The position numbers and the translations under genes were made by a program. This document shows positions 32,695 to 42,057 of a stretch of DNA of 64,000 nucleotides, in pieces (position 1 is the stretch's first letter; the number at the start of each line of letters is the position of its first letter). The stretch is from an uncultured delta proteobacterium (GTDB lineage Bacteria > Desulfobacterota > Desulfobaccia > Desulfobaccales > 0-14-0-80-60-11). The DNA is taken from contig CAWETI010000003.1 in NCBI GenBank assembly GCA_963812015.1, positions 608,001-672,000 of the forward strand, given 5' to 3'. The notes below the pieces were generated by a model that saw only the letters and a program-made list of their open reading frames with translations, was not told the DNA's origin and did not search any database.

Positions 32695-33426
32695 ATGAAG
32701 AAAAAGACGTACTTATTGGGGATGGCGGTGTTGGTGGCTGGCCTGCTGGCTCTGTCAGGGGTGGCCCAGTCCGCCATGTGGGCCGGCGTTGAACTTGGGG
32801 GTAATTTTGTGCCGAGTACAAAATTGTCAGTCGCCGGGATTGATGTCAACAACACTAGTTTTCATCCGGCAGTGATCGGCGGGGGCACCCTCGGTTACGA
32901 TTTCGTCAATGCCGGCTTTGGGGGTTATGCCTGGCCTGACTGGATGAAATATTTCAGTGTGGCCACGGATTTTACCTACAACCGCCTCAACATGTCGTCT
33001 CTCGGCAATATTGCTGGGGGGTCCAGGGAAAATGGCTATGTAGCGGCATGGACTTTCCTGCTCATGGCCCATTATGGCTTCCTGCCTGACTCCGAGGTTC
33101 CCAGTGGCCGGATCAATCCTTACATCGGGGTGGGGCCGGCCATCGTGTTTTCCGGCATAAATTTCTCGTTACCTGTCCCTTATAGCGCGCTTCCCCAGGC
33201 CAAGTACCTCGGCGTCGGCATTAACTCAAGGTTTGGCACTTCTGCCACGAACGTGGCCCTGGTCGTCGAGCCCGGCATCCGGTGGGTGTGCCTGAAGAAC
33301 GTCTCCATCGACACCGCCTTCCGGTGGCGCTATTGCGTACCTGCATACGACTTCGACAACGCGACGGTGAAGGTTAATCCGCTGAACCAGCTCAGCTTCC
33401 TGGTGCGGGCTAACTACCACTTCTAA
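32695..33426 (+). CDS. Outer-membrane beta-barrel protein, paralog 1
   Basis: Signal peptide, amphipathic strands, PYIGVGP, C-terminal ANYHF. Confidence 0.82.
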   Translation: MKKKTYLLGMAVLVAGLLALSGVAQSAMWAGVELGGNFVPSTKLSVAGIDVNNTSFHPAVIGGGTLGYDFVNAGFGGYAWPDWMKYFSVATDFTYNRLNMSSLGNIAGGSRENGYVAAWTFLLMAHYGFLPDSEVPSGRINPYIGVGPAIVFSGINFSLPVPYSALPQAKYLGVGINSRFGTSATNVALVVEPGIRWVCLKNVSIDTAFRWRYCVPAYDFDNATVKVNPLNQLSFLVRANYHF

Positions 33427-33532
33427 CCCCGGGGAGTCTTACTTTCACTGGGGAACAAGAGGGGTCTTGAATAGGCACGTTGACTTATCCAAGACCCTTC
33501 TTGCTATTTAGGATAAAAAGGGGGGGCAACCA

Positions 33533-34255
33533 TTGAAGAAAAAGACATGTTTGTTGGGTATGGCAGTGCTGCTGGCCGCCTTGCTGGCGTTGCCCGGGGT
33601 GGGCCAGTCTGCCATGTGGGTCGGCGCTGAACTCGGGGGTACTTTCCAGCCGAATACAAACTTTACGGTCAACGGAGTAAACTCGGGTGCCGGCCAGGTA
33701 ATGCCGTCGGTGATTGGTGGCATGACCCTGGGCTACGATTTCGTCAATGCCGGCTTTGGGGCTTATGCCTGGCCTGACTGGATGAAATATTTCAGTGTGG
33801 CCACGGACGTAACCTACAACCGGCTGATGGTTCAGGACGGTGGCCCTGGAATCGGGGCAATATTGCCTCCTAACGCCAGAATGAATGGTTATGAAGTGGC
33901 CTGGACTTTCCTGTTCATGGCCCATTATGGCTTCCTGCCTGACAACGAAGTGCCGTCGGGCCGGATTAATCCGTATATCGGCGTCGGACCTGCCATAGTG
34001 TGGAGCGGCGCCGACTTCGCGCTCCCGGTCAACTCGGTTACTAAGAATACCAACTCCAGGTTTAACGGTTCTTCCACGAACGTCGCCCTGGTCGTGGAGC
34101 CCGGCATCCGGTGGGTGGCCTTGAAGAACGTTTCCATCGATACCGCCTTGCGGTGGCGCTATTCCGAGCCTTCTTGGAATGCCGACGGCGTGACGATCAA
34201 GGCTGATCCGCTGAGCCAGTGGGCCGTCTTGATCCGGGCCAACTACCACTTCTAA
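33533..34255 (+). CDS. Outer-membrane beta-barrel protein, paralog 2
   Basis: Clear paralog of the upstream gene; TTG start; C-terminal ANYHF. Confidence 0.82.
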   Translation: MKKKTCLLGMAVLLAALLALPGVGQSAMWVGAELGGTFQPNTNFTVNGVNSGAGQVMPSVIGGMTLGYDFVNAGFGAYAWPDWMKYFSVATDVTYNRLMVQDGGPGIGAILPPNARMNGYEVAWTFLFMAHYGFLPDNEVPSGRINPYIGVGPAIVWSGADFALPVNSVTKNTNSRFNGSSTNVALVVEPGIRWVALKNVSIDTALRWRYSEPSWNADGVTIKADPLSQWAVLIRANYHF

Positions 34256-34280
34256 GTCTTCACCCCTTGAATACAAAACC

Positions 34281-34306
34281 GGCGGCCTTCGGGCCGCCTT
34301 TTTTTT
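34281..34306 (+). terminator. Rho-independent terminator
   Basis: GGCGGCC-TTCG-GGCCGCC followed by T8. Confidence 0.88.
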
Positions 34307-34450
34307 GTTTTATCCGGCCAGTTCTCCCGGAGCCATCCCGGTAAGTTAACAACAGCCTTGTCGAGCCCGGTCCAAAGATGATATGGTGAGGCGGGCTGCC
34401 TTGCGGTGCAGCTCCAGATCGTGGCCAACAAGGATTTTTCCTTCATCCTG

Positions 34451-35314
34451 ATGTTTTTCCAGCAATTAATCAACGGCCTGACCACCGGTAGCGTTTATGC
34501 CCTCATCGCCCTGGGCTACACCATGATCTATGGTATTTTGGGGCTGATCAATTTTGCCCAGGGAGAAATCTACATGTGCGGCGCCTTTGTGGCGGTGCTG
34601 CTCCTGGCCACCGGGGAAGTCAATTTCTTCCTGGCCTTTGCCCTGGGGATGGCGGGGGCCGCCCTCCTGGGCATGATCTTGGAGAGGGTGGCCTTCCGGC
34701 CCTTGCGGGGTTTCCATCCCCTGGTGCCCCTGATTAGCGCCATCGGCGCCTCCATCTTTCTCCAGAGCCTGGCCCTGCTTTGGTTCGGTCCCAACGACCG
34801 GCCCTTCCCCATCCAATTCACCTTCAGCACCATCAAGATCGCCGGCCTGCCGGTGTCCACCCTGCAGATAGCCATCCTGGCCACGGCTTTGGGATTCATG
34901 GGCTTGCTGGTGATCTTCGTGCGCTACACCACCTACGGCAAGGCCATCGTGGCCTGCGCCCTGGACCGGGATACGGCCCGGCTCATGGGCATTAACGTGG
35001 ACCGGATGGTCTCCCTGACGTTCCTGTTGGGTTCCGCCCTGAGCGGCGCCGCCGGCATCATGATGGCCATCTATTACAACGCCACCTACCCCCGGATGGG
35101 GCTGCTACCGGGCCTCAAGGCCTTCAGCGCCGCCATCCTGGGCGGGGTGGGCAACATTCCGGGTGCCATCCTGGGGGGCCTCCTCCTGGGAGTGGCAGAG
35201 AGTCTGGGGGCGGCCTACATCTCCTCCGGGTTCAAGGATGCCATCGCCTTTGCCATCCTCATCCTGGTGCTTCTCATCCGGCCCCAGGGCATCTTGAGAG
35301 GGCGGGGGGACTGA
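34451..35314 (+). CDS. livH: HAAT-family ABC transporter permease
   Basis: QQLINGLTTGSVYALIALGYTMIYG, LKAFSAAILGG. Confidence 0.9.
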   Translation: MFFQQLINGLTTGSVYALIALGYTMIYGILGLINFAQGEIYMCGAFVAVLLLATGEVNFFLAFALGMAGAALLGMILERVAFRPLRGFHPLVPLISAIGASIFLQSLALLWFGPNDRPFPIQFTFSTIKIAGLPVSTLQIAILATALGFMGLLVIFVRYTTYGKAIVACALDRDTARLMGINVDRMVSLTFLLGSALSGAAGIMMAIYYNATYPRMGLLPGLKAFSAAILGGVGNIPGAILGGLLLGVAESLGAAYISSGFKDAIAFAILILVLLIRPQGILRGRGD

Positions 35315-35315
35315 G

Positions 35316-36188
35316 ATGGCCGCCTATGTATTGCATCTGGGCATCCTGGCCGGCATCTACATCATCCTGGCCCTCAGCCTCAACCTGATCATCGGCTATG
35401 CCGGGCAGGTTTCCCTGGGCCATGCCGCCTTCTACGGCATCGGGGCGTACGCCTCGGCCCTGGTGTCGTTACACTGGCACTTCCCATTTCCCGGTGCAGC
35501 CCTGGCGGCCATGCTAGTGGCCGGTTTATGCGGCTTCGCCCTGGGGCTGCCGACCCTGAGGCTCAAAGAGGATTACCTGGCCATCGTCACCCTGGGCTTC
35601 GGGGTGATCGTGGACCTGGTCTTCCTCAACCTGGAAATTACCGGGGGACCTGACGGCCTACCGGGCATCCCGTCTCCCAGCTTTTTGGGGATAAACTTCC
35701 GGGAGCCCTGGCACTACCTGATTCTGGTCATGGTTGCCATCATCCTGGTCCTGGGGGCCACTTACCGCCTGGTGGACTCCTACCATGGCCGGGCGCTCCG
35801 GGCCATCCGGGACCACGAGATCACCGCCCAGGTCATGGGGATCAACACTCCGGCGTATAAAATCGTCATTTTCACCCTGGCCGCGGCCCTGGCCGGCCTG
35901 GCCGGGTCCCTCTACGCCCACTACATCACTTTTATCAATCCTGAGACGTTTGGCCTCCATACCTCCATCCTCATCCTGGCCATGGTGGTGCTGGGGGGGA
36001 TGGGGTCCATTGGGGGCTCGGTGCTGGGGGCGGTGATCCTGACGATCCTCCCTGAGCTGCTGCGGCAGACCCACGGTTATCAGGACCTGATCTACGGCGG
36101 GCTCCTGGTGGGCCTGCTCATCCTGCGGCCTGAGGGGATCCTGGGCCGGGGCAAATTGAGCTTGAAGTTCTTGAAGCGGGAGAGCTAA
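35316..36188 (+). CDS. livM: HAAT-family ABC transporter permease
   Basis: GQVSLGHAAFYGIGAY, LRLKEDYLAIVTLGF, TGGPDG. Confidence 0.9.
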   Translation: MAAYVLHLGILAGIYIILALSLNLIIGYAGQVSLGHAAFYGIGAYASALVSLHWHFPFPGAALAAMLVAGLCGFALGLPTLRLKEDYLAIVTLGFGVIVDLVFLNLEITGGPDGLPGIPSPSFLGINFREPWHYLILVMVAIILVLGATYRLVDSYHGRALRAIRDHEITAQVMGINTPAYKIVIFTLAAALAGLAGSLYAHYITFINPETFGLHTSILILAMVVLGGMGSIGGSVLGAVILTILPELLRQTHGYQDLIYGGLLVGLLILRPEGILGRGKLSLKFLKRES

Positions 36189-36192
36189 AAAT

Positions 36193-36352
36193 GGTTTTCG
36201 GTTTTCGGTTTTCTGTTGAAATGCCAAAAGCGGAAAGATGTTTTCTACCCAGAAAATACGGGATAGTTAATGATTCATAGGGAATTTGCAATAGTGCAAA
36301 TCATTCTGATGGCATCAAATCACCGAAAACAGAAAACCGAAAACAGAAAACC
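36193..36352. repeat. Inverted heptamer arrays (GGTTTTC)n ... (GAAAACC/A)n around an AT-rich spacer
   Basis: Seen directly between livM and livF. Confidence 0.8.
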
Positions 36353-36361
36353 TTCTTCACC

Positions 36362-37087
36362 ATGCTGACTTTAAAAAGCGTTCAGGCCGGGTATGGCCGA
36401 CTGCCGGTGCTCAAGGGCATCTCTCTGCACGTGCGGGTCGGAGAGGTGGTGACCCTCATCGGCGGCAACGGCGCCGGCAAAACCACCACCCTGCGCGCCA
36501 TTTCCGGGTTGCTGCCGCCCCGGAAGGGGGCCATTGAGTTCGCCGGCCAGGACCTCACCCGGATGCCGCCGGAGCGCATCGTCACCCTGGGCCTGGCCCT
36601 GGTGCCGGAAGGCCGCCGGGTCTTCCGTACCTTGAGCGTCACCGCCAATCTGGAACTGGGGGCCTTTCACCGCCGGGACAAGGGCGAGGTGCGCCGGGAC
36701 CTGGAGGAAATTCGCGAGCGTTTTCCCATCCTCAAGGAGCGGGCCCACCAGGCCGCGGGGACCTTGAGCGGCGGCGAGCAGCAGATCCTGGCCATCGGCC
36801 GGGCCCTGATGGCCCGCCCCCGGCTCTTGATGCTGGACGAGCCTTCCATGGGACTGGCCCCCCGGATGGTCACCCAGGTCTATGCTATCCTGGCGGAACT
36901 TAAGGCGGCGGGCACCACCCTCCTCCTGGTGGAACAGAACGCCCGGGCGGCCTTAAAGGTGGCCGACCGGGGCTACGTGCTGGAGACCGGCCGCATCATT
37001 CTGGACGGCTCCGCCGCGGATTTGCGCGACGACCCGGAAGTTCAACGGGCTTATTTAGGCAAGGGTTATCAAGAAGTATGGGAATAA
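36362..37087 (+). CDS. livF: HAAT-family ABC ATPase
   Basis: GGNGAGKTT, VPEGRRVF, LSGGEQQ, LDEPSMGLAP. Confidence 0.92.
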   Translation: MLTLKSVQAGYGRLPVLKGISLHVRVGEVVTLIGGNGAGKTTTLRAISGLLPPRKGAIEFAGQDLTRMPPERIVTLGLALVPEGRRVFRTLSVTANLELGAFHRRDKGEVRRDLEEIRERFPILKERAHQAAGTLSGGEQQILAIGRALMARPRLLMLDEPSMGLAPRMVTQVYAILAELKAAGTTLLLVEQNARAALKVADRGYVLETGRIILDGSAADLRDDPEVQRAYLGKGYQEVWE

Positions 37088-37093
37088 AAGCAA

Positions 37094-37260
37094 GGGAAAA
37101 AGGGGAAAAGGCGAAAAGGGGAAAAGGGGTAAGAACATTGGTGCGTCTTTCCCCTGGCCCCCAAGCCAAGCTTGGGGACGAGAACAAAGGTGGAAATATG
37201 GTTGCACTGATTCTTTATCTCTTACCTTTTCGCCTTTTACCCTTTTCCCCTTTTCACCCC
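37094..37260. repeat. Inverted octamer arrays (GGGGAAAA)n ... (TTTTCCCC)n with an internal CCCCAAGC-CAA-GCTTGGGG palindrome
   Basis: Seen directly between livF and livG. Confidence 0.8.
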
Positions 37261-37271
37261 AGGTTTTGACC

Positions 37272-38030
37272 ATGCTTGATGTCGACGGCTTGAGTAAATC
37301 CTTCGGGGGCGTCCAGGCCCTGACCGACGTTTCCTTTACGGTGGCCGCGGGGGAGATCGTCGCTTTGATCGGCCCCAACGGCGCCGGCAAGACCACCTGC
37401 TTCAACCTCATTAGCGGGCTGTTGCCTCCCAGCGCCGGGGGGGTCAGCCTGGCCGGCCAGGATATGGCGGGCCTGCCCCCTTACCGCCGGGCCCGCCTGG
37501 GTCTGGCACGCACCTTCCAGAACATCCAGCTTTTCGGGGGCATGACGGTACTGGAAAACGTGCTTACGGGTTTTCATCTCCATCAGCAAGTGGGGACGCT
37601 CTCGGCCCTCCTGCCCCTGCCGGCGGTGAGACGAGCTAAGGCCGATAACCGCAGCCGGGCCCTGGAGCTCCTGGAACTGGTGAGGTTGGGGGGCAAGGCG
37701 GACGAGCCCGCCGAGGCCCTGGCCTACGGCGACCAGCGGCGCCTGGAAATCGCCCGGGCCCTGGCCCAACAACCGCAGCTCCTGCTCATGGACGAGCCCG
37801 CCGCCGGCCTCAACCCCCGGGAGACCGAGGAACTCATGGCCTTGATGGAGAAACTCCAGTCTTTGGGCATTACCCTGCTGGTCATCGAACACGACATGAC
37901 CCTGGTCATGGGCCTGTGCCACCGGATCGTGGTCCTGGACCACGGCCAGGTCATCGCCGCGGGCGCCCCCCGGGAAATCCGCCGGGACCCCCGGGTCATC
38001 GAGGCTTATTTAGGCCGGGAAGAAGAATAG
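37272..38030 (+). CDS. livG: HAAT-family ABC ATPase
   Basis: GPNGAGKTT, ARTFQN, LAYGDQRRLEIARAL, DEPAAGLN, EHDM. Confidence 0.92.
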   Translation: MLDVDGLSKSFGGVQALTDVSFTVAAGEIVALIGPNGAGKTTCFNLISGLLPPSAGGVSLAGQDMAGLPPYRRARLGLARTFQNIQLFGGMTVLENVLTGFHLHQQVGTLSALLPLPAVRRAKADNRSRALELLELVRLGGKADEPAEALAYGDQRRLEIARALAQQPQLLLMDEPAAGLNPRETEELMALMEKLQSLGITLLVIEHDMTLVMGLCHRIVVLDHGQVIAAGAPREIRRDPRVIEAYLGREEE

Positions 38031-38032
38031 GA

Positions 38033-38172
38033 ATTTTGGGGGAGAGGGCAAAGGGCGTGGGCCCTTTCCCCCTCCCCCAAACCCCCATCCCCAATCCCTT
38101 ACAGGGGGGGTGGGAGGGGAGCTGTAGGGGCGGTTCGCGAACCGCCCCTACGTTCCGGTCCTCCCCTTAAAA
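38033..38172. repeat. Three-hairpin G/C-run repeat with a nested GTAG REP (38124-38151)
   Basis: AAAGGGC..GCCCTTT stem; CCCTTACAGGG; GTAGGGGCGGTTCGCGAACCGCCCCTAC interrupts hairpin 3. Confidence 0.85.
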
Positions 38173-38190
38173 AAGCCCAAGGAGAAGGCA

Positions 38191-39504
38191 ATGGGAATCT
38201 TCGACCAAGATGCGGAGCAGATGGGACGGGAGGAGTTGGCCCAGATGCAGTTGGAGCGGCTCCAGGCCACCCTCACCCGGGTCTACAAGAACGTCAAATT
38301 CTACAAAAAGAAGTTCGACGAGATCGGCTTCCTTCACGAAGACTGCCAATCCCTGGAAGACCTGGGGCGCCTGCCCTTCACCACCCGGCACGACCTGGCC
38401 CAGGCCTACCCTTACGAGATGTTTGCGGTGCCGCTCCGGGAGGTGGTGCGCATCCACTCCTCCACCGGCAGCCCCGGCAACCCCATCGTCATGGGCTACA
38501 CCAGCCGGGACCTGCGCCATTGGGCCAAGTTGAGTGCCCGCATCCTCACCGCCGCCGGGGTGGACCGGGACGACGTCGTCCAGGTGACCTTGAGCTACAG
38601 CCTCTTAACCAGCGCCTTCGGCATCCACTACGGGGTGGAACTTCTGGGGGCCTCGGTGATCCCCAGCGGCCCCGGTTTCACCAATCGCCAGATCCAGGTG
38701 ATGCGGGACTACCGCACCACCGTCCTGGTCTCCACCCCGTCCTACGCCCTGGTGCTGGCCGACGAGATGGAGGCCCAGGGAGTGGACCCCAAGAACCTCC
38801 ACCTCAAGCTGGCGCTTTTGGCCGGGGAGCCCTGGACCGAGGCGATGCGGACCGAAATTCAGAACCGTCTTTATACCACCGCCCTGGATCACTACGCCCT
38901 GTCGGAAGCCATGGGGCCGGGGGTGGCGGGGGAGTGCGCGGCGCTGCCCGGGGTGGGGATGCACGTCAGTGAGGACCACTTTCTGCCCCAGGTCATCGAC
39001 CCGGCCACGGGGAAGCTCCTCCCCCCGGGAAAACTGGGGGAGTTGGTCATCACCACCCTGACTCGGGAGGCCACCCCGTTGGTGCGTTTCCGCACCGGGG
39101 ACCTGGTGCGCCTCTCCTATGAGCCCTGCCCCTGCGGTCGGACCCTGGCCCGGATGAGCCGCATCGAAGGCCGGTGCGATGAGGTGGTCATCGTCAAGGG
39201 CACCAACATCTTTCCCAACCGGGTGGGGCAGGTATTGGCCGCCATCCAGGGGGAGGAGCCGGCTTATCAATTAGTGGTGGGCCGGGAGGGGCATCTGGAC
39301 TACCTGGAGGTGAGGATCGAGGTCAGGGAGGAGTTGTTCTTCGACAAGATGACCAGGCAAAGGGAGATGTTGCAGGAGATCGCCCACAAGCTGGCCCAGG
39401 GCATCGGCGTCCAGCCGCGGGTAAAACTGGTGGAACCGGGGTCCCTCAACCGGGAGGCCGAGACCTCGCCCTTGGTGATTGATTTACGCCAGGGAGTTTG
39501 TTAG
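38191..39504 (+). CDS. paaK: Phenylacetate--CoA ligase family protein
   Basis: RIHSSTG, STPSYAL, GEPWTE, YALSEAMGPGVA, RFRTGD. Confidence 0.85.
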   Translation: MGIFDQDAEQMGREELAQMQLERLQATLTRVYKNVKFYKKKFDEIGFLHEDCQSLEDLGRLPFTTRHDLAQAYPYEMFAVPLREVVRIHSSTGSPGNPIVMGYTSRDLRHWAKLSARILTAAGVDRDDVVQVTLSYSLLTSAFGIHYGVELLGASVIPSGPGFTNRQIQVMRDYRTTVLVSTPSYALVLADEMEAQGVDPKNLHLKLALLAGEPWTEAMRTEIQNRLYTTALDHYALSEAMGPGVAGECAALPGVGMHVSEDHFLPQVIDPATGKLLPPGKLGELVITTLTREATPLVRFRTGDLVRLSYEPCPCGRTLARMSRIEGRCDEVVIVKGTNIFPNRVGQVLAAIQGEEPAYQLVVGREGHLDYLEVRIEVREELFFDKMTRQREMLQEIAHKLAQGIGVQPRVKLVEPGSLNREAETSPLVIDLRQGVC

Positions 39505-39561
39505 CATGTGATACTGGTCATTATTTCCGAACTATCAATAACCTCAGGAGGAGGAAGGGAT

Positions 39562-41016
39562 ATGGCTCCGGGACCAAATGACATCCGTTACGTCTGTCTC
39601 TCGGATATGCATCTGGGGGCTGAAGGCAGCCTGTTGACCAACATGCCTCCGGGAGGTACACAGGCTGATCCCCTGAATGCGAGTCCGGTCTTGCAAGATT
39701 TGGTGTATTGCCTGAGAGACTTGATTTTGCGCAACGATCCTCAGGCCCCCAAGCCCACCTTGATCCTGCTGGGAGATATTCTGGAGCTGGCCCTGGCTAA
39801 TGACAACGTGGCGGCCATGGTCTTTGAACGTTTTCTGGAAAAAGCCATGGAGCCGGGCTACGAACTTTTTGGTAAGATTATCTATATACCCGGCAACCAC
39901 GACCACCACCTGTGGGAGAGCGCCCGGGAGACCCAGTATGTCTTGAATTACCTGGCAAAAACCAATCCGGGACAACTTCTCGACATTCCTTGGCACTCCA
40001 CCAATATTTTCATGGAGAGTGATCCCAATCCGGTGCCTTCCTTTTTCTTGAACGGGCTGTTGCATCGCTATGACCATCTAGAACAATTTAATATTAATAC
40101 TGCTTACCCTAATTTTGGCCTGATGAAAGGCACTCGGTGTGTTCTTTTCCATCACGGACACTTCATCGAGTCCATCTATCAGCTTATGATCATTCTAAAA
40201 AACTTGATATTTCCCAAGCTGGAAGAGGTGCATCGCAAGGTTTGGGACATGGAGTCGGAAAACTTCGCCTGGATCGATTTCTTCTGGTCCACTCTGGGGC
40301 GTTCAGGTGAAGTGGGTAAAGATGTAGAGATCATCTATGATAAGATGCAGGACGAGGACCAATTCCGGAAGTTGCTCAACACGTTGGCCGACAGCCTCGC
40401 GGAGAAGTACAATATCACGGGCTTGGGCGACTGGATGGCCTCTCAGGTATCCAGGTTAATCATCAATGCCCTGGTGGACAAGCTGGTCAATCCCGAACGG
40501 ACCCAGGCAGGGGAGACCGATCAGCCCTTGAGCCCGGACGCCGATCAGGGTCTGCAGGACTATGTAAACTGGCCCCTCAAAACCCAACTTGAGGCGGAAT
40601 GCATCGATCGACACGGGTATACTCCCCGGGAGGTCACCTTCGTGTTCGGCCATACCCATAAGCCCTTCGAGGAGGTCCGAAACTTTGGTGCTTACCTGGG
40701 GGATGGCGTGCCGGTCTATAATACCGGGGGCTGGGTGGTGGAGACGGAGGACCCGGCTTCCCTGCATGGCGGCGCCGCGGTGCTGCTCAATGATAACCTT
40801 GATGTCGTCTCCCTGCGTCTGTACAACGAGGCCCACGGTCCGGTCAATGTCGAGGTCCATGAAGTTCTTCCCCCTGGCCAGGGCCATAGCGATTTCTTCA
40901 ATCACTTAGACGGGCTGGTTCAATCCGACCAGCCTCCCTGGAGCAAGTTTTCCCAGACGGTGGCCGAGGAAGTGGGCATCCGGGAAGAGAATCTCAAGGC
41001 CAAGATTGCCTCTTAG
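39562..41016 (+). CDS. Large metallophosphoesterase-family protein
   Basis: SDMHLG, LGD, GNHD, HGH, GHTH, NTG motifs; GGAGG upstream. Confidence 0.8.
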   Translation: MAPGPNDIRYVCLSDMHLGAEGSLLTNMPPGGTQADPLNASPVLQDLVYCLRDLILRNDPQAPKPTLILLGDILELALANDNVAAMVFERFLEKAMEPGYELFGKIIYIPGNHDHHLWESARETQYVLNYLAKTNPGQLLDIPWHSTNIFMESDPNPVPSFFLNGLLHRYDHLEQFNINTAYPNFGLMKGTRCVLFHHGHFIESIYQLMIILKNLIFPKLEEVHRKVWDMESENFAWIDFFWSTLGRSGEVGKDVEIIYDKMQDEDQFRKLLNTLADSLAEKYNITGLGDWMASQVSRLIINALVDKLVNPERTQAGETDQPLSPDADQGLQDYVNWPLKTQLEAECIDRHGYTPREVTFVFGHTHKPFEEVRNFGAYLGDGVPVYNTGGWVVETEDPASLHGGAAVLLNDNLDVVSLRLYNEAHGPVNVEVHEVLPPGQGHSDFFNHLDGLVQSDQPPWSKFSQTVAEEVGIREENLKAKIAS

Positions 41017-41068
41017 GGTTTCATGGGAATCTATTGGTAACCAATAGATTTGTTGCCTGGGATAGATA

Positions 41069-41998
41069 ATGCAGCCAATTAAGATGCTCGCAATCGGTGG
41101 TTTGCTGCTCCTGTTGGCAGCGGGCTGTGCCCGGGTGCCGGCGGCGTCGGCCAGCCTGGAACCGTCGTTGGGGGCGCAGCAGACCTTTGACTATCACGGC
41201 GTCAAGATCAACTATTACGAGGCCGGGCAGGGGCCGCCGGTCATTCTGCTGCACGGGTTCGGAGGCTGTTCCTATTCCTGGCGCTTTCTGGCCCCGGCGC
41301 TGGCCACGGATCACCGGGTTTTTACGATCGATCTCAAAGGCTACGGCCTGTCGGACAAGCCCGAGGACGGCAACTACGCGGTGAGCGACCAGGCCGACCT
41401 GGTGGCGGCCTTCATCCGCACCCAGGACTTGCACGACCTGGTCATTATGGGCCATTCCATGGGCGGCGGGGTGACCCTGATGACCTATTTAAAGGTGCGG
41501 GAGGACAAACCTGCAAGGATCAAGAGCCTGGTGCTCATCGACAGCGCTGGGTATCCTCAAAAGATGCCCTGGTTCATCTGGCTCGCCAAGGCGCCCGTGC
41601 TCGGTTCGGTGGGAGGCAAGCTGATCTCGCCCCGGTTCGCGGCCGCCCAGGTGCTGAGAAAATGTTATTATTATAGAGATAAGATTACCGAAGAGCAGAT
41701 CGACACCTATGCCTATTACGGCAGCCTGCCGGGGGCCCGGGAGGCGGTGGTGCAGACCGCCAAGCAGATCGTGCCGGATGACATCGACGCCCTCATCGCC
41801 CAGTATAGGAGAGTCAGCGTGCCGGTCCTGATTATCTGGGGGGAGGAGGATGAGGTGGTGCCGCTGGATGTTGGCAAAAAATTTAAGCAAGATATCCCGA
41901 ACTCGGAGTTGGTCATCCTGCCCAAGTGCGGCCACATGCCGCCGGAAGAGGAGCCGGGGGCGACGACGCGACTGATTACAACTTTCCTGAAGAGGTGA
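41069..41998 (+). CDS. Alpha/beta hydrolase lipoprotein
   Basis: Lipobox LAAGC, LHGFG, GHSMGG, WGEED, GH. Confidence 0.88.
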   Translation: MQPIKMLAIGGLLLLLAAGCARVPAASASLEPSLGAQQTFDYHGVKINYYEAGQGPPVILLHGFGGCSYSWRFLAPALATDHRVFTIDLKGYGLSDKPEDGNYAVSDQADLVAAFIRTQDLHDLVIMGHSMGGGVTLMTYLKVREDKPARIKSLVLIDSAGYPQKMPWFIWLAKAPVLGSVGGKLISPRFAAAQVLRKCYYYRDKITEEQIDTYAYYGSLPGAREAVVQTAKQIVPDDIDALIAQYRRVSVPVLIIWGEEDEVVPLDVGKKFKQDIPNSELVILPKCGHMPPEEEPGATTRLITTFLKR

Positions 41999-42057
41999 TC
42001 ACTTAGAAGAACTTAGGGTGCGTCTTGGTAGCCAAGGAAGGTTTCTTTTTGCAAGAG

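Noticed and set aside
32695..34255. Diversity-generating retroelement template/variable repeat pair
   Set aside because: Differences are not adenine-specific, both copies are complete genes, and there is no reverse transcriptase in the window.
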